64,000 bases of DNA from an uncultured virus (IMG/VR IMGVR_UViG_3300029305_009261) (IMGVR_UViG_3300029305_009261), one strand, 5' to 3'; positions 19,417 through 29,334 are shown, counted from the first letter of the stretch. Numbers and translations are program-made. The notes: generated from the sequence alone by a model not told the origin.

Positions 19417-19458
19417 ATCTAATACCTCTTATTTGTGTTTGCTAAAATTATCAAAAGT

Positions 19459-19665
19459 TTATAAAAACATCTCATTCATATAAAGCATGTCATAACTATA
19501 GATAATTGCGTAAGATAAACAAAAAACAAAAAAACTAATGGTTAAACTAATCGTAGTTAAACGAGCAAATTTTACAGTAAGAAGCTTAACAATTAGGCTT
19601 ATGCCTGTAAAAAGAAGGCTGCAAGCCCAAATAATTGTGATGATATTCATATATACCGGGTACAT
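19459..19665 (-). CDS. Small membrane protein
   Basis: Two hydrophobic segments, SD AGGAG. Confidence 0.6.
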   Translation of the reverse strand: MYPVYMNIITIIWACSLLFTGISLIVKLLTVKFARLTTISLTISFFVFCLSYAIIYSYDMLYMNEMFL

Positions 19666-19675
19666 ATATTTACTC

Positions 19676-19960
19676 CTATCTTGATAAACTTATTGTTTTG
19701 GTTCCAAATTTCATAAATTCTATATCAGATTCATTCCAGCCGTGTTCTTCGGCATAATCAAAAATAGATTCACTTCTGTCATTTTCAATATGTAATTCAC
19801 CATTTTCTATCCATACATATAAGGTGTAATCATAATCAAAAGTAAATAAAACCATATCATTACATGTGCGGATTTCTGTAAATTCTCCATTATCTGTATG
19901 GAATGGCAAATATCGTGAAATAAAAGTCTGAATTGTTTCTAATGTCTGTTGCAAAAACAT
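19676..19960 (-). CDS. Hypothetical protein (tail ISLSR)
   Basis: 94 aa ORF. Confidence 0.7.
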   Translation of the reverse strand: MFLQQTLETIQTFISRYLPFHTDNGEFTEIRTCNDMVLFTFDYDYTLYVWIENGELHIENDRSESIFDYAEEHGWNESDIEFMKFGTKTISLSR

Positions 19961-19991
19961 TTACGGTCCCTTTCTTGAAACTTCTTGGTTT

Positions 19992-20399
19992 TTAATAATC
20001 TGTATCTCGGTGAATACAAGTGTCGCAATAAGAACTACCATCTCTTTCACACATGGTACATTCTCCTTCATAGTCGCAACCATCACAAGAGCCACAGTTA
20101 TATGGACAGTTCCAATCTCTTTGGCAAATGAAATTATCATCACGATAAGAAGCATTTAATTCTTCGTAATAAAGGTCTTCATATAAGTCTGAATCATCAA
20201 AATATTCATCGAAATCATCTTCGTCATCATATTCATCGTCATATTCATAACGGTCATCTTCATCATAAAAACCGTCATCATATTCGTCATATTGGTCTAA
20301 AGATTCTTCTATAATTTCTTCAAAATTTCTTTCAGAAGATGGGTATGGAGTTGGTGTGGTTTCCTCTTCCTTAGTCTGTTTTGGGAAAAATTCATTCAT
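19992..20399 (-). CDS. Highly acidic protein with Cys-rich C-terminus
   Basis: D/E/Y tract then CPYNCGSCDGC...CTMC...CDTC. Confidence 0.7.
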   Translation of the reverse strand: MNEFFPKQTKEEETTPTPYPSSERNFEEIIEESLDQYDEYDDGFYDEDDRYEYDDEYDDEDDFDEYFDDSDLYEDLYYEELNASYRDDNFICQRDWNCPYNCGSCDGCDYEGECTMCERDGSSYCDTCIHRDTDY

Positions 20400-20414
20400 A
20401 GGTAAAAGACCTCC

Positions 20415-20603
20415 TTATTTAAATTTGTCGCTTGATACATCTCTTATGTAGTCCATAAGATTATCTTCGTATTCTTCAAAAGTTCCGTCTTCGGGAATAC
20501 ATTGTTTGATTTGTAAAAATTTAAATAGTTGAAATGGGGTAAGTAATTCTGTAAGGCCATATAAGTCTGCATATACCGGATGTTTTGTTTTTATTTCTGT
20601 CAT
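20415..20603 (-). CDS. Hypothetical protein
   Basis: 62 aa ORF with SD. Confidence 0.55.
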   Translation of the reverse strand: MTEIKTKHPVYADLYGLTELLTPFQLFKFLQIKQCIPEDGTFEEYEDNLMDYIRDVSSDKFK

Positions 20604-20623
20604 AATAAATTAGTCCTTTATCT

Positions 20624-21178
20624 TTAGTGTTCGGAAATTCGTGACAAAAACTGTTCTTTTAATACTTGTTTTAATTGAGCAACTCTTTGAAAACTACATT
20701 GGAAAAGAGTAGCAATTTCAGAAAGAGTATAGCCTTCTTCACTAAGAGATAAGAGCTGTTTATTTCTCTCTGGTAACTGATTGAAAAATAAATTGTATTC
20801 AGAAAGACAAATTGCTTCTTCTTCTAAATTATAGGAATCTGGCAAAATATCCAGATAAGTACTTTCTTCTTCATCGGAAGAAAATATCAGATTGTCGTAA
20901 GAAACAATAGCTTCTTCTGGGATGTATTTTTCTGCATAAGTAGAACGAAGCTCATAAGCTATCGCATTTCTCATGATTTTATAGGCATATGTAGAAAATT
21001 TATATCCTTTTTCCGGGTTAAATGAATGAGCAGCTTTGCATAAACCTATTGCTGCAATATCATACCAGTCTTCTTGGCTATAATTATACTTTTTTAAAAA
21101 TGAAAAGATTAAACCATAATTTTCTTCTACTAGTTCCTTTTCTTTTTGAGTTAAGCAAAATATATCTTCTTTTCTCAT
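20624..21178 (-). CDS. Sigma-70 family alternative sigma factor
   Basis: Region 2 DIAAIGLCKAAHSFNPEKGYKFSTYAYKIMRN; region 4 GYTLSEIA...QRVAQ. Confidence 0.88.
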   Translation of the reverse strand: MRKEDIFCLTQKEKELVEENYGLIFSFLKKYNYSQEDWYDIAAIGLCKAAHSFNPEKGYKFSTYAYKIMRNAIAYELRSTYAEKYIPEEAIVSYDNLIFSSDEEESTYLDILPDSYNLEEEAICLSEYNLFFNQLPERNKQLLSLSEEGYTLSEIATLFQCSFQRVAQLKQVLKEQFLSRISEH

Positions 21179-21214
21179 GGGGTACCTACTTGTTATTTCT
21201 ATATCTATTCTTAC

Positions 21215-21248
21215 CTATTAGCTAGTTTTTGGTTTAAGTTTACGGGAA
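21215..21248 (-). promoter_or_regulatory. Promoter-like motif, copy 3
   Basis: ctattagctagtttttggtttaagtttacgggaa. Confidence 0.75.
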
Positions 21249-21254
21249 AGGTCG

Positions 21255-21791
21255 TCAATATTGTGACATAAACTCTTTTCTTAATTTTTTTCGGGTTTCT
21301 GTAACAAAGGAAGGAGTACAATGAAATTTTGAGGCAATTTCCTGTGTAGATAAACCATCTCGATATGCAGACAAAAAGTCAAATTTCCTGCCTTTTTGAT
21401 TTTCAATAAAAGCATCACAATCTGTTTGAATAATTGCTTCTTCTTCTGGATTACTTTCACTTGGGAATAATTCTAAAAAACTTTCTCCGGATTCGTTTAA
21501 TATGACGTCATAGGATTCTATGTTTTCTTTTGGTATATGCGTAGATGTACTTTTCTCTTTGATTTCGTTATATAACATCATTTGCATGATTTTATAAGCA
21601 AATGTAGTAAATTTATTGCCAGTATTTTCTTTGAAATAATAAGCGGCTTTACATAGACCAATAGCAGCTAAATCATACCATTCCTCAATGTCATAATGGT
21701 ATTTGTGAAGAAAGGAATAAATTAAATTATGATGTTCTTCGACAAGCTGTTTTTGACTTTCATTTAGGATTAGTCCTTTTTTTATATCCAT
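21255..21791 (-). CDS. Sigma-70 family alternative sigma factor (paralog)
   Basis: DLAAIGLCKAAYYF...KFTTFAYKIM; GLSTQEIASKF. Confidence 0.88.
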   Translation of the reverse strand: MDIKKGLILNESQKQLVEEHHNLIYSFLHKYHYDIEEWYDLAAIGLCKAAYYFKENTGNKFTTFAYKIMQMMLYNEIKEKSTSTHIPKENIESYDVILNESGESFLELFPSESNPEEEAIIQTDCDAFIENQKGRKFDFLSAYRDGLSTQEIASKFHCTPSFVTETRKKLRKEFMSQY

Positions 21792-21831
21792 AAAAAACTC
21801 CTAACTACTCTATCTGTATTTAAAACTCTAT

Positions 21832-21865
21832 TTATTAGCTAACAAATGGTTTAATCTGTCGGAGA
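21832..21865 (-). promoter_or_regulatory. Promoter-like motif, copy 4
   Basis: ttattagctaacaaatggtttaatctgtcggaga. Confidence 0.75.
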
Positions 21866-21867
21866 AT

Positions 21868-21905
21868 AAAAAAACATCCGAAGTGGGATTCTTCCGATGC
21901 TTTTT
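21868..21905 (-). terminator. Intrinsic terminator
   Basis: aaaacatc.gaag...cttc.gatg.tttt hairpin. Confidence 0.55.
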
Positions 21906-21932
21906 ATAGATATTTAGTTATTTATACATAAT

Positions 21933-22412
21933 TTAATTTTTATTTTTTGCATTATTGAAATCTGTTAGTTTCCTAAAAACAATATGGTAAGGTATTTGAA
22001 CTCCGGTAAGTTCTTCAAGTAACTCACTAAAAAGCCAACTAATATCTTCGTCACTCATTATACGGAAATTATCTATATAAGTATTGCCTGAATCTATATA
22101 TCGGTTTTCTTGAATTTCACGTTCTTCTTTATAGAGCTCTTTTCTTGCAATTTTGGTGCTAAACAAGTCTCTTTCTTCTTTTGTCGTTGTGATTTTATGT
22201 CGATGCTTTAATTTCATAAAATCCATATCAATTAACATTAGTAAAATAGAACAAATATCCCGAATTTCGTTTGTGGCATAAGGAGTGTGTTCCCATAACC
22301 ATCGGATTCGACTATCTAAAACGCTAATCATAATGTTTAAAGCTTCTTCTTCTTTTTTACTTAATCCCATACTATTTTCCTCCAGATATATTTGATAATT
22401 GAATCTTATCAT
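21933..22412 (-). CDS. Hypothetical protein
   Basis: ORF; likely starts at the internal MGLSK after GGAGG. Confidence 0.65.
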   Translation of the reverse strand: MIRFNYQIYLEENSMGLSKKEEEALNIMISVLDSRIRWLWEHTPYATNEIRDICSILLMLIDMDFMKLKHRHKITTTKEERDLFSTKIARKELYKEEREIQENRYIDSGNTYIDNFRIMSDEDISWLFSELLEELTGVQIPYHIVFRKLTDFNNAKNKN

Positions 22413-22498
22413 AAATAAATAGAGGTTGCGCCCACTTTCTTTACCTTTTTTTAAAATAATAAAAAAACATTCAGAAAATAATCCAAATGTTTTTTCGG

Positions 22499-22738
22499 TT
22501 AATCATCTAATTTTTTGTCTCTAAGATTGATTTTGTCATCCGTTAAAAATTCCGGAGCATCTTTTAATAACTGACAAGTTGTGCTTTTGTCACATCTTCC
22601 GTCTAAAACCATATGACAAACCATTTTTGATTTTTTGTATGTGTTTTTTTCTTCTGTAGATTCATATAATATAGGATTTTGGCTTAAATAGTGACTTGCT
22701 TCACATCTGCCTTGTTGATAATAATATTTCATAGTCAT
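22499..22738 (-). CDS. Hypothetical protein (Cys-containing)
   Basis: 79 aa ORF with SD. Confidence 0.6.
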   Translation of the reverse strand: MTMKYYYQQGRCEASHYLSQNPILYESTEEKNTYKKSKMVCHMVLDGRCDKSTTCQLLKDAPEFLTDDKINLRDKKLDD

Positions 22739-22785
22739 ACCTCATTTTCTTTTGTTACGTCATAAAACGGATATCCTATTACTAG

Positions 22786-23043
22786 TTAGGAACGAGTTGA
22801 ATCTCCCATCTTTAATTCTTCCCATAATTCATCTGGGTTGTATTCTCCATATTGCATATAGCATTGTATTGCTTCTTCCAAATTATTTGCATTTTCTGCA
22901 TTACTAGGAATATCAGACAAAACACAATTCCTTAATCTTATATCTTCTTCAAGATTATTAAATAGTTCCCGTGTTATAGATTCTGCTTTAATATAAGCTT
23001 TTCTTCCACGCTCTAATAGTTTTTTAAATTCAGTTTTCGTCAT
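22786..23043 (-). CDS. Hypothetical protein
   Basis: 85 aa ORF. Confidence 0.65.
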   Translation of the reverse strand: MTKTEFKKLLERGRKAYIKAESITRELFNNLEEDIRLRNCVLSDIPSNAENANNLEEAIQCYMQYGEYNPDELWEELKMGDSTRS

Positions 23044-23078
23044 TATATTATACCTTCAATCTATGTAAAATAGTTATT
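23022..23078. repeat. About 57 bp direct repeat, copy 1
   Basis: Near-identical to 24510..24566. Confidence 0.8.
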
Positions 23079-23081
23079 CCA

Positions 23082-23480
23082 TCAATATAAAAATTTACCA
23101 TTCCAAATGGAATTGTTTTTTATTTTTTCAGATTCTTCCTTTGTGAGGCCTAATAACTCACTTACCTTTTCTTGATTCGCTAAAAATAATGCTTCGTCAT
23201 ACGCTTCTTCTGTCATCCATAACTGATGTTTTTTCATTATAAAAAAATAAGACAAAAATATGCCAAATCCTTGAAGTCCTTTTGGCTCAAATCGACAATA
23301 TATTTTATTTTTAAGGATTCTTTTACACCAGTTATCTAAAGATATATTGTTTCCGGACTCCTTTTGAATAATAAAGTTATTATATAGGTCTTTAATAGCC
23401 CAATCTGCACCTACACAAAACATATTTCCATTTGGGAATATAAAAGCATATGTCATAATCTTATCCATATGTACCTCCAT
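23082..23480 (-). CDS. Hypothetical protein
   Basis: 132 aa ORF. Confidence 0.65.
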   Translation of the reverse strand: MEVHMDKIMTYAFIFPNGNMFCVGADWAIKDLYNNFIIQKESGNNISLDNWCKRILKNKIYCRFEPKGLQGFGIFLSYFFIMKKHQLWMTEEAYDEALFLANQEKVSELLGLTKEESEKIKNNSIWNGKFLY

Positions 23481-23559
23481 AAATAAAATCTATAATGAGT
23501 ATAAGTATATAGAAATTATTTATAAATGTCCATGAACTTTTCTGCATAATTTTTATGAG

Positions 23560-23757
23560 TTATAAATACCAAGTGCGTTCTTTTTCAATCATTTCCCAGT
23601 AGTCTTCTTTCACTTCTTCTCCCAAAATATCATAAAGCAGTCCAAGCTCTATCGCCTCTTGTTTTGCATATTCCGGATTAGTAATTTTAATTGTACCATC
23701 TGTTAATTCAGTTAATCTACTGTATAACATTTGTAATAATTCTTCTGTCGTTTTCAT
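23560..23757 (-). CDS. Hypothetical protein
   Basis: 65 aa ORF. Confidence 0.6.
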   Translation of the reverse strand: MKTTEELLQMLYSRLTELTDGTIKITNPEYAKQEAIELGLLYDILGEEVKEDYWEMIEKERTWYL

Positions 23758-23828
23758 AAGATAATGACACGCTCCTTTGTTTCTTTTGTTTTAAGAAGTT
23801 ATCAGTGTTATAGACAGGGGGGGGAAGA

Positions 23829-24089
23829 TTATTTTAAGATGACATTGTTAATCCATCTTGTTACATTTGATATGACATTTCTTCCTTTACATAATTTTAA
23901 TTCTGTGCCAGTAACGTCATCAATACTCATATAAACACCTTGAAACGGGTCTCGTTCATCAGAACAAAATAAAGTGATTCCAAAAGAATACTCTTTATGG
24001 ACTAATTTCATGAAATCTTTCATTTCACATTTTACTTCGAACCCCATGGCAAGTAACTTATTTAAATTCTTTTTTGATATAACTTCCAT
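23829..24089 (-). CDS. Hypothetical protein
   Basis: 86 aa ORF, SD GAGG. Confidence 0.6.
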   Translation of the reverse strand: MEVISKKNLNKLLAMGFEVKCEMKDFMKLVHKEYSFGITLFCSDERDPFQGVYMSIDDVTGTELKLCKGRNVISNVTRWINNVILK

Positions 24090-24098
24090 AATGTTACC

Positions 24099-24422
24099 TC
24101 ATTTTTTGAATTCTCTGCCACAACAAGGACAGAATCTAACTCTAAAAGTATTAGACACTCCATTAACCGTTGTTAACATATTACCTTCACTGTCAATAAA
24201 AGCATTATTATCTCCATCTCTCCAAAAAACAGCTTCGTCTCCAATACAACATTCACAGCCTATGTTATCAAGGTCAATAACTTTAATATCTGTACAACCT
24301 CTACGTTTCATTCCATCTAATATAGAATTCAAATCTTCTTCTGTTTCAATACCTTCTTCGCACCAAGGTTCGATATTGCTAAATCCTTTGCCATCAGCAT
24401 CTAAATATTCGATTTTCCACAT
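24099..24422 (-). CDS. Phage-type Zn-ribbon protein
   Basis: GCECC...FCPCCGR. Confidence 0.65.
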   Translation of the reverse strand: MWKIEYLDADGKGFSNIEPWCEEGIETEEDLNSILDGMKRRGCTDIKVIDLDNIGCECCIGDEAVFWRDGDNNAFIDSEGNMLTTVNGVSNTFRVRFCPCCGREFKK

Positions 24423-24509
24423 AATGTGAGTATTCCTTTCTTTTTAAATAGGTAGTTCTAATCTCTGAAAAAACAATGTCATTGTCTAATCCAGAACAAT
24501 ACATTCTAA

Positions 24510-24566
24510 TTTTAAATTCAGTTTTTGGCATTATTTTATACCTTCAATCTATGTGAAATAGTTATT
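24510..24566. repeat. About 57 bp direct repeat, copy 2
   Basis: Near-identical to 23022..23078. Confidence 0.8.
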
Positions 24567-24777
24567 TCATTACTAAAATTTCTTCTAAATTAAATGGTGG
24601 AGACGGAATAATTGCATTTGACTTTTTATATGCTTCTACTGTTTCTTTGTATGCTTCAATAAGTCCTTCTCCTTCAAAAAGAAAAACATTCCAATCTCCT
24701 GTAAGTTTAAACATCCATTCTTTCATTTTATATCTTTCTAAATTTGAAATACATTCTTTACAAGTCATGATACTCAC
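24562..24777 (-). CDS. Hypothetical protein
   Basis: 71 aa ORF, SD GAGGTG. Confidence 0.55.
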   Translation of the reverse strand: MSIMTCKECISNLERYKMKEWMFKLTGDWNVFLFEGEGLIEAYKETVEAYKKSNAIIPSPPFNLEEILVMK

Positions 24778-24958
24778 CTCTAACTTCTATAATTCAAAAA
24801 TTAACAATATGGGTCATATCTTCCATCTACCCAGATTAGCTTTCCACACTTATTGCATTTATAAAGCCGTTTCGAGTAGACTAAAGTGTCTGTTTCTACA
24901 TAACGCCAATCAATTTTTTCCATGTTGTGCTTACAAAAGATTTTCTTTAAAAAGTTTT

Positions 24959-25153
24959 TCATGAGTAAGTTCCTTCTCTTTCTATTTTTTCAACAACTTC
25001 TAAGCTTTTTTCATTAAATTCTCTATTAGAGTCTAATGCATCAAATTTTACAACCCAGTGGTCTTTATGTCCTTTTCGAATAATGGTTCCGTAGACACCT
25101 TCCGGATATTTGGGATAGTTACCAAGAAGTTTTACCTTGTCACCTTTTTTCAT
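24959..25153 (-). CDS. Small SH3/KOW-like protein
   Basis: KKGDKVKL...GTII...VVKFD. Confidence 0.6.
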   Translation of the reverse strand: MKKGDKVKLLGNYPKYPEGVYGTIIRKGHKDHWVVKFDALDSNREFNEKSLEVVEKIEREGTYS

Positions 25154-25230
25154 ATTAAGACCTCCTTATCGTTTCTGTTGATAAGCATATTAACCTCTAC
25201 TAATTCATAATTCATTCAATTACTTCCAGT

Positions 25231-25563
25231 TTAAGCAGGGTAAAAACCATGTTCGTAAAACCATTGTTGATTTACACCATCCGGAACTTTATCAAAAATG
25301 TGCTCTTTCCAAAGGTCGTAATGGTATAATAAGTCTTCATAACTTAATCCTGTATAGTCTAATTCTAAACCAAAATTATCAGCACCCCAAACGCAAATAC
25401 GGACGAATTGAATATGATAATCTGGTTGATTTATATAGCTTAGGAAGAGACTTAGCTTTATTTGATTGTCTTTAAAATTTGGATACCAGTCATCAGTTAC
25501 CGTAACCATGCGGTCCACTCTAAACTGAGACAAACCTTCAATAGGAAATGATTTTTTCTTCAT
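25231..25563 (-). CDS. Hypothetical protein
   Basis: 110 aa ORF. Confidence 0.65.
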   Translation of the reverse strand: MKKKSFPIEGLSQFRVDRMVTVTDDWYPNFKDNQIKLSLFLSYINQPDYHIQFVRICVWGADNFGLELDYTGLSYEDLLYHYDLWKEHIFDKVPDGVNQQWFYEHGFYPA

Positions 25564-25590
25564 GTAGATAGTCTCCTTTTAATTACAGGA

Positions 25591-25785
25591 TTATGAAAGA
25601 GTTTTTATAACGCCTTCACTTTTTAAACGAAGAAATAATTCTGCAAATTCTAATGTCGTGTCTAATTTTTCTTTCGTATCAATACCTAGACTCTTCATCA
25701 ACCAGCACAAATGCTTTATATTATCCTGTAGTTGCATTTGATAACAGGTCACCTGTTCTTCTATTTGCTTCTCAAAATCAGTCAT
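25591..25785 (-). CDS. Hypothetical protein
   Basis: 64 aa ORF. Confidence 0.55.
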   Translation of the reverse strand: MTDFEKQIEEQVTCYQMQLQDNIKHLCWLMKSLGIDTKEKLDTTLEFAELFLRLKSEGVIKTLS

Positions 25786-25810
25786 GTCGGTACTCCTTTG
25801 TGGAAAAAAC

Positions 25811-26074
25811 TTATCGAATTTCTAATCTTTCTACGTCAGCAGCAAAACAAACGAAATTGCCTTCGTGAACATGGGTGATATAGTCATTTCCCCAGTCTTC
25901 TTCCTCTAAATCAGTTCCATAACAATGCATTCCGGTTGGATTTGTTTCTGTGGTATAATCTTTTTCATATTCAATAGAAGTTATTTCTAATGTGTGTTCA
26001 AGATAATCGTGAGAACTTTCGTCATCATAAACAATTACAACGTCTCCTACTTGGATATCTTTAAATACTCTCAT
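25811..26074 (-). CDS. Hypothetical protein
   Basis: 87 aa ORF, SD AAGGAG. Confidence 0.65.
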   Translation of the reverse strand: MRVFKDIQVGDVVIVYDDESSHDYLEHTLEITSIEYEKDYTTETNPTGMHCYGTDLEEEDWGNDYITHVHEGNFVCFAADVERLEIR

Positions 26075-26157
26075 AAGAATACTCCTTTTTCCTTTGGTTT
26101 TTTTTAATTAAAATAAAGATATTTTATAGCTATTTATATTGTTTTATATCCTTCTAT

Positions 26158-26191
26158 CTATTAGCTAACTTTTGGTTTAAGTTTTCGGCAA
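26158..26191 (-). promoter_or_regulatory. Promoter-like motif, copy 5
   Basis: ctattagctaacttttggtttaagttttcggcaa. Confidence 0.75.
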
Positions 26192-26197
26192 ATAAAG

Positions 26198-26225
26198 AAA
26201 AAGACACTTGAGTGTGTGTCTTTTC
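26198..26225 (-). terminator. Intrinsic terminator
   Basis: aaaagacac...gtgtctttt. Confidence 0.7.
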
Positions 26226-26240
26226 TTCTGTGATTTGCAA

Positions 26241-26792
26241 TTATGGTATTAGGTTTGAAATGTGAAGACTACGTACAAAATCAAATTGTTCTTCCGCATT
26301 AAGTAAGGTTTTATATAGGTCTTCTACAAAAATAATTTGCTTTTGCCGTTCTTCATAAATTTTCTTTAAGACAGCTAACTTTTCCTCTGCATTTTTTGTG
26401 TGGATGATATGGTCCTTTTTAATGGTAGGAAAATGAGATAAAATAAATCTATCTTTATTTTCGATTAAAGATGGTACCGTAGAAGTTACAACATAAATAT
26501 CTTCCGGATTTAATTCGTTTATGATATATTGCATTGTTTTTAATGCTTCTGCATTTTCATAAAGGTTATGTTCTTTGCAATAGATTTGAAGTTCATAATC
26601 TTTACAAGGTAATAATTTATCAGAAGCATATCGGAAATTTGTTAAAGTACCATCGAAATCAAATACATTGATTTTAAAATTTAGATAAGAGATAGCATCT
26701 AATACTTTTCGCTTATAGCTATTTGCAAGCGATTCTAAGGAAATTTCATTTTCTATTCTACCTGCGTTCATTTTTGCATCAACATTATCCAT
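26241..26792 (-). CDS. HAD-superfamily hydrolase
   Basis: FDFDGTL motif I, VVTS, K and IFVED. Confidence 0.8.
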   Translation of the reverse strand: MDNVDAKMNAGRIENEISLESLANSYKRKVLDAISYLNFKINVFDFDGTLTNFRYASDKLLPCKDYELQIYCKEHNLYENAEALKTMQYIINELNPEDIYVVTSTVPSLIENKDRFILSHFPTIKKDHIIHTKNAEEKLAVLKKIYEERQKQIIFVEDLYKTLLNAEEQFDFVRSLHISNLIP

Positions 26793-26817
26793 AATGTTAT
26801 TACCTCCTTTTTAGTAA

Positions 26818-28362
26818 TTATTTTTTACAAAGTTTTTTAATAAGATAAATGGAACAAACACCTACAAACATACCGCAAATAAGAAGAAAACCTATTTTAA
26901 GAAAATATACTGTTTGAGTCAAGGAGTCTACTTCGTTCGAATAAGTTATAGCTTCTGTGGTTTTTTCCAGTAATTGCTCAGAAACCATTGCTAAAGAATT
27001 TTCAGAATTGTTAAGGCTTGTCTCTAATTCTTGAATAAGAATATCCTTTTCTTGTATCTGTTTTTCTAACTTATTGAGATTTTCTGTTAAAGACGTTTGT
27101 TCTGTCTGCAAAAGGGTAAGTGTATTCGATAACTCTTCCTGTTGTTTTAGTTCCTCTTCGATTTTTTGTTGTTCTTTTAATGAATTAAGAGTAGTTTCTT
27201 CCTCTTGAGCCCTATATGTTTTAAGATTACATAAAAGGTCATTTGCAGTGTCTGGACCAACTAAAGAACGAACTAAACCAAAATCTGCACAACTATATTC
27301 ATAATCATCGGATACATAGAACCAACAATATTGCTGAGAAACATGTTTTTTATATGCTGCTTTCAATATTTCAATGGCAGGTCGTTTGGCATAGTCTTCT
27401 TCAATAGGAATATGTAAATCTAAACGAATCTTGTGTTCCGGATATAAATGGAGATATGTTTTTGGTACATCCCAAGTTCCATATTTTTGTACACTATCTG
27501 GATGATATATCGAGTTAGATGCATGGTTAATCGCTTCTAGTACCGTATTACAAACTAAAATATGAGCACCATGACCATATTCCCCTTTGGTATCATGAGT
27601 GACTACTACTTGTGGTTGAAATCTACGAATTTGTTCTGTAAAGAACTCTTCCACTTCAGATTCTTTATAAATCTTTTTGGCAGCAGTATAGTCTTTGGCA
27701 TATTTGTCTGTGAAATCTCCACTTACCGGATAATGACGGATTCCTGCTTCCCAAAGGCCATCTAACTTTTCATGTTCTCTGACGTCTTGATTTGTAGACC
27801 GAAATTCACACAAATAAATGACTTGGATTTCTGCATTATAAAGATAAGTATAAGTTGGTAATACACCGCCCATAAATAAAATTTCATCATCAGCATGAGT
27901 GGAAATTACCATGATATCTGCTTTCTCACAGGCAGGTTCCCAAACTTGTACATCTGCAGGTAACTCACCTTCACTAAAAATTCGAATGGTATCAATTTTA
28001 GTATTATTTTGCGGGATTTCAATAGTAAGGCTTGCAGATGGGTTTTCAAAAGTTATATATTCGTGTAAAAATCCATTTACTCCGCAAGAAACATATCCAA
28101 AATCAGTATATAAAGTCCATGGCATTGGCTCAGAATCCCAAGAAATATAAATCCCTGAAATATAAGTACCATTTGTAGAGGAAATTGTAATAGTATCTCC
28201 TTTATTAAATTTTACTGAAGTTTTATGAGAATTATCGGTTATGCTTGATGTAGAAATATCTTTCGATGAAGTTATTTCCGGTTCTAATTCAGCCGCATAA
28301 ACTGTTTGCCCACTATAAAAGAAGAGGATGGTCAATAACAGAGAAAAGAAAATACGTTTCAT
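26818..28362 (-). CDS. Secreted, membrane-anchored PIG-L family N-deacetylase
   Basis: Signal peptide VYA; STHADDE, GEYGHGAH; coiled coil; C-terminal TM helix. Confidence 0.85.
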   Translation of the reverse strand: MKRIFFSLLLTILFFYSGQTVYAAELEPEITSSKDISTSSITDNSHKTSVKFNKGDTITISSTNGTYISGIYISWDSEPMPWTLYTDFGYVSCGVNGFLHEYITFENPSASLTIEIPQNNTKIDTIRIFSEGELPADVQVWEPACEKADIMVISTHADDEILFMGGVLPTYTYLYNAEIQVIYLCEFRSTNQDVREHEKLDGLWEAGIRHYPVSGDFTDKYAKDYTAAKKIYKESEVEEFFTEQIRRFQPQVVVTHDTKGEYGHGAHILVCNTVLEAINHASNSIYHPDSVQKYGTWDVPKTYLHLYPEHKIRLDLHIPIEEDYAKRPAIEILKAAYKKHVSQQYCWFYVSDDYEYSCADFGLVRSLVGPDTANDLLCNLKTYRAQEEETTLNSLKEQQKIEEELKQQEELSNTLTLLQTEQTSLTENLNKLEKQIQEKDILIQELETSLNNSENSLAMVSEQLLEKTTEAITYSNEVDSLTQTVYFLKIGFLLICGMFVGVCSIYLIKKLCKK

Positions 28363-28553
28363 GAGTGCTCCTTTTTATTTAAAAAATTATAAGTTTTGTG
28401 CTTCATGGGGATTTCTTCTAACAATTTTTCGTTAATGGCATTGAAACCCAATTCTTCTTTTAATATTTTTTTTGCAAAACGTTTTGAATGGGCAAAAATA
28501 ATAACACAATCTTTGCTGGTTTTTGTACAAAAGAAATATTGGAATATTTTCAT
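28359..28553 (-). CDS. Hypothetical protein
   Basis: 64 aa ORF, SD AGGAG. Confidence 0.5.
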   Translation of the reverse strand: MKIFQYFFCTKTSKDCVIIFAHSKRFAKKILKEELGFNAINEKLLEEIPMKHKTYNFLNKKEHS

Positions 28554-28766
28554 ACCATAACTTCTCCTATTTTTTTATAAAAAGAATTGTAATTGTTTTT
28601 CCCGGGTAATATATAGTGTCTTTTAATCCAAAGACTTGAACATCATACTTTTCTTTTGCTTTTGGATGTAAATAAAACAATATATTTTCAAAAGCAGTTT
28701 GTATATTATTAAGTCTTTCTTGACTACAAATTAGCTCTGGGTTGAAATATGGAGAAAATCCATAGC

Positions 28767-29318
28767 CTAAAATCTTATTTGTCTCGTTATCTTTAATGGT
28801 GTATTTGTCCGTAATGGGTCTTCATAAAAGCGACGAATATCCGGATAGAGAGATAAACTTTGCTGTAAATAATCTTTTGTTTCTGGAGGGAGGGTATAAT
28901 CTTCAACTTTATGTAAGATATTGATATCATTTTTATAATATTTAACTTTTACATAATCTTGAAGAGTATATTTATTCCAGTCGAATCCAATTGTATCTCT
29001 CAAGCGAAGAATTTTTCGATTATCAATGCTAATTAAGACCTCGGCATCTAGTTCCGGATGACCGTTCACTTTTACTCCGTTTGGAAAAATATTTACAATG
29101 ATTCCATAGTATTCTTTTCCATAAATGGAAGTTCTAAAGTTCCGGATAATTTTTAAAAGGCCTTTTGCAATAAGGAACAATCCTAACAATAAAAATAAAC
29201 TAAATATCCAGTAAAAAAGTGTATTATTTACTGTTGAAGAACTGTCCCCTTTATTTAATAAAAAGGAAAGGCCTATGAAGAATATTGATAAAATAGTTCC
29301 AAAAATAAGTTCAATCAT
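28767..29318 (-). CDS. Membrane protein (two TM helices plus soluble domain)
   Basis: Hydrophobic segments; SD before ATG 29318. Confidence 0.7.
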   Translation of the reverse strand: MIELIFGTILSIFFIGLSFLLNKGDSSSTVNNTLFYWIFSLFLLLGLFLIAKGLLKIIRNFRTSIYGKEYYGIIVNIFPNGVKVNGHPELDAEVLISIDNRKILRLRDTIGFDWNKYTLQDYVKVKYYKNDINILHKVEDYTLPPETKDYLQQSLSLYPDIRRFYEDPLRTNTPLKITRQIRF

Positions 29319-29334
29319 TTGTAAACTCCCTTTC

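Noticed and set aside
20160..20300. tcatc/tcgtc micro-repeats
   Set aside because: Explained by Asp/Glu/Tyr codons of the acidic protein 19992..20399.
28567..28820. Open frame of about 80 codons between 28553 and 28767
   Set aside because: No canonical start or SD found at its 5' end. It may be a frameshifted remnant but cannot be supported.
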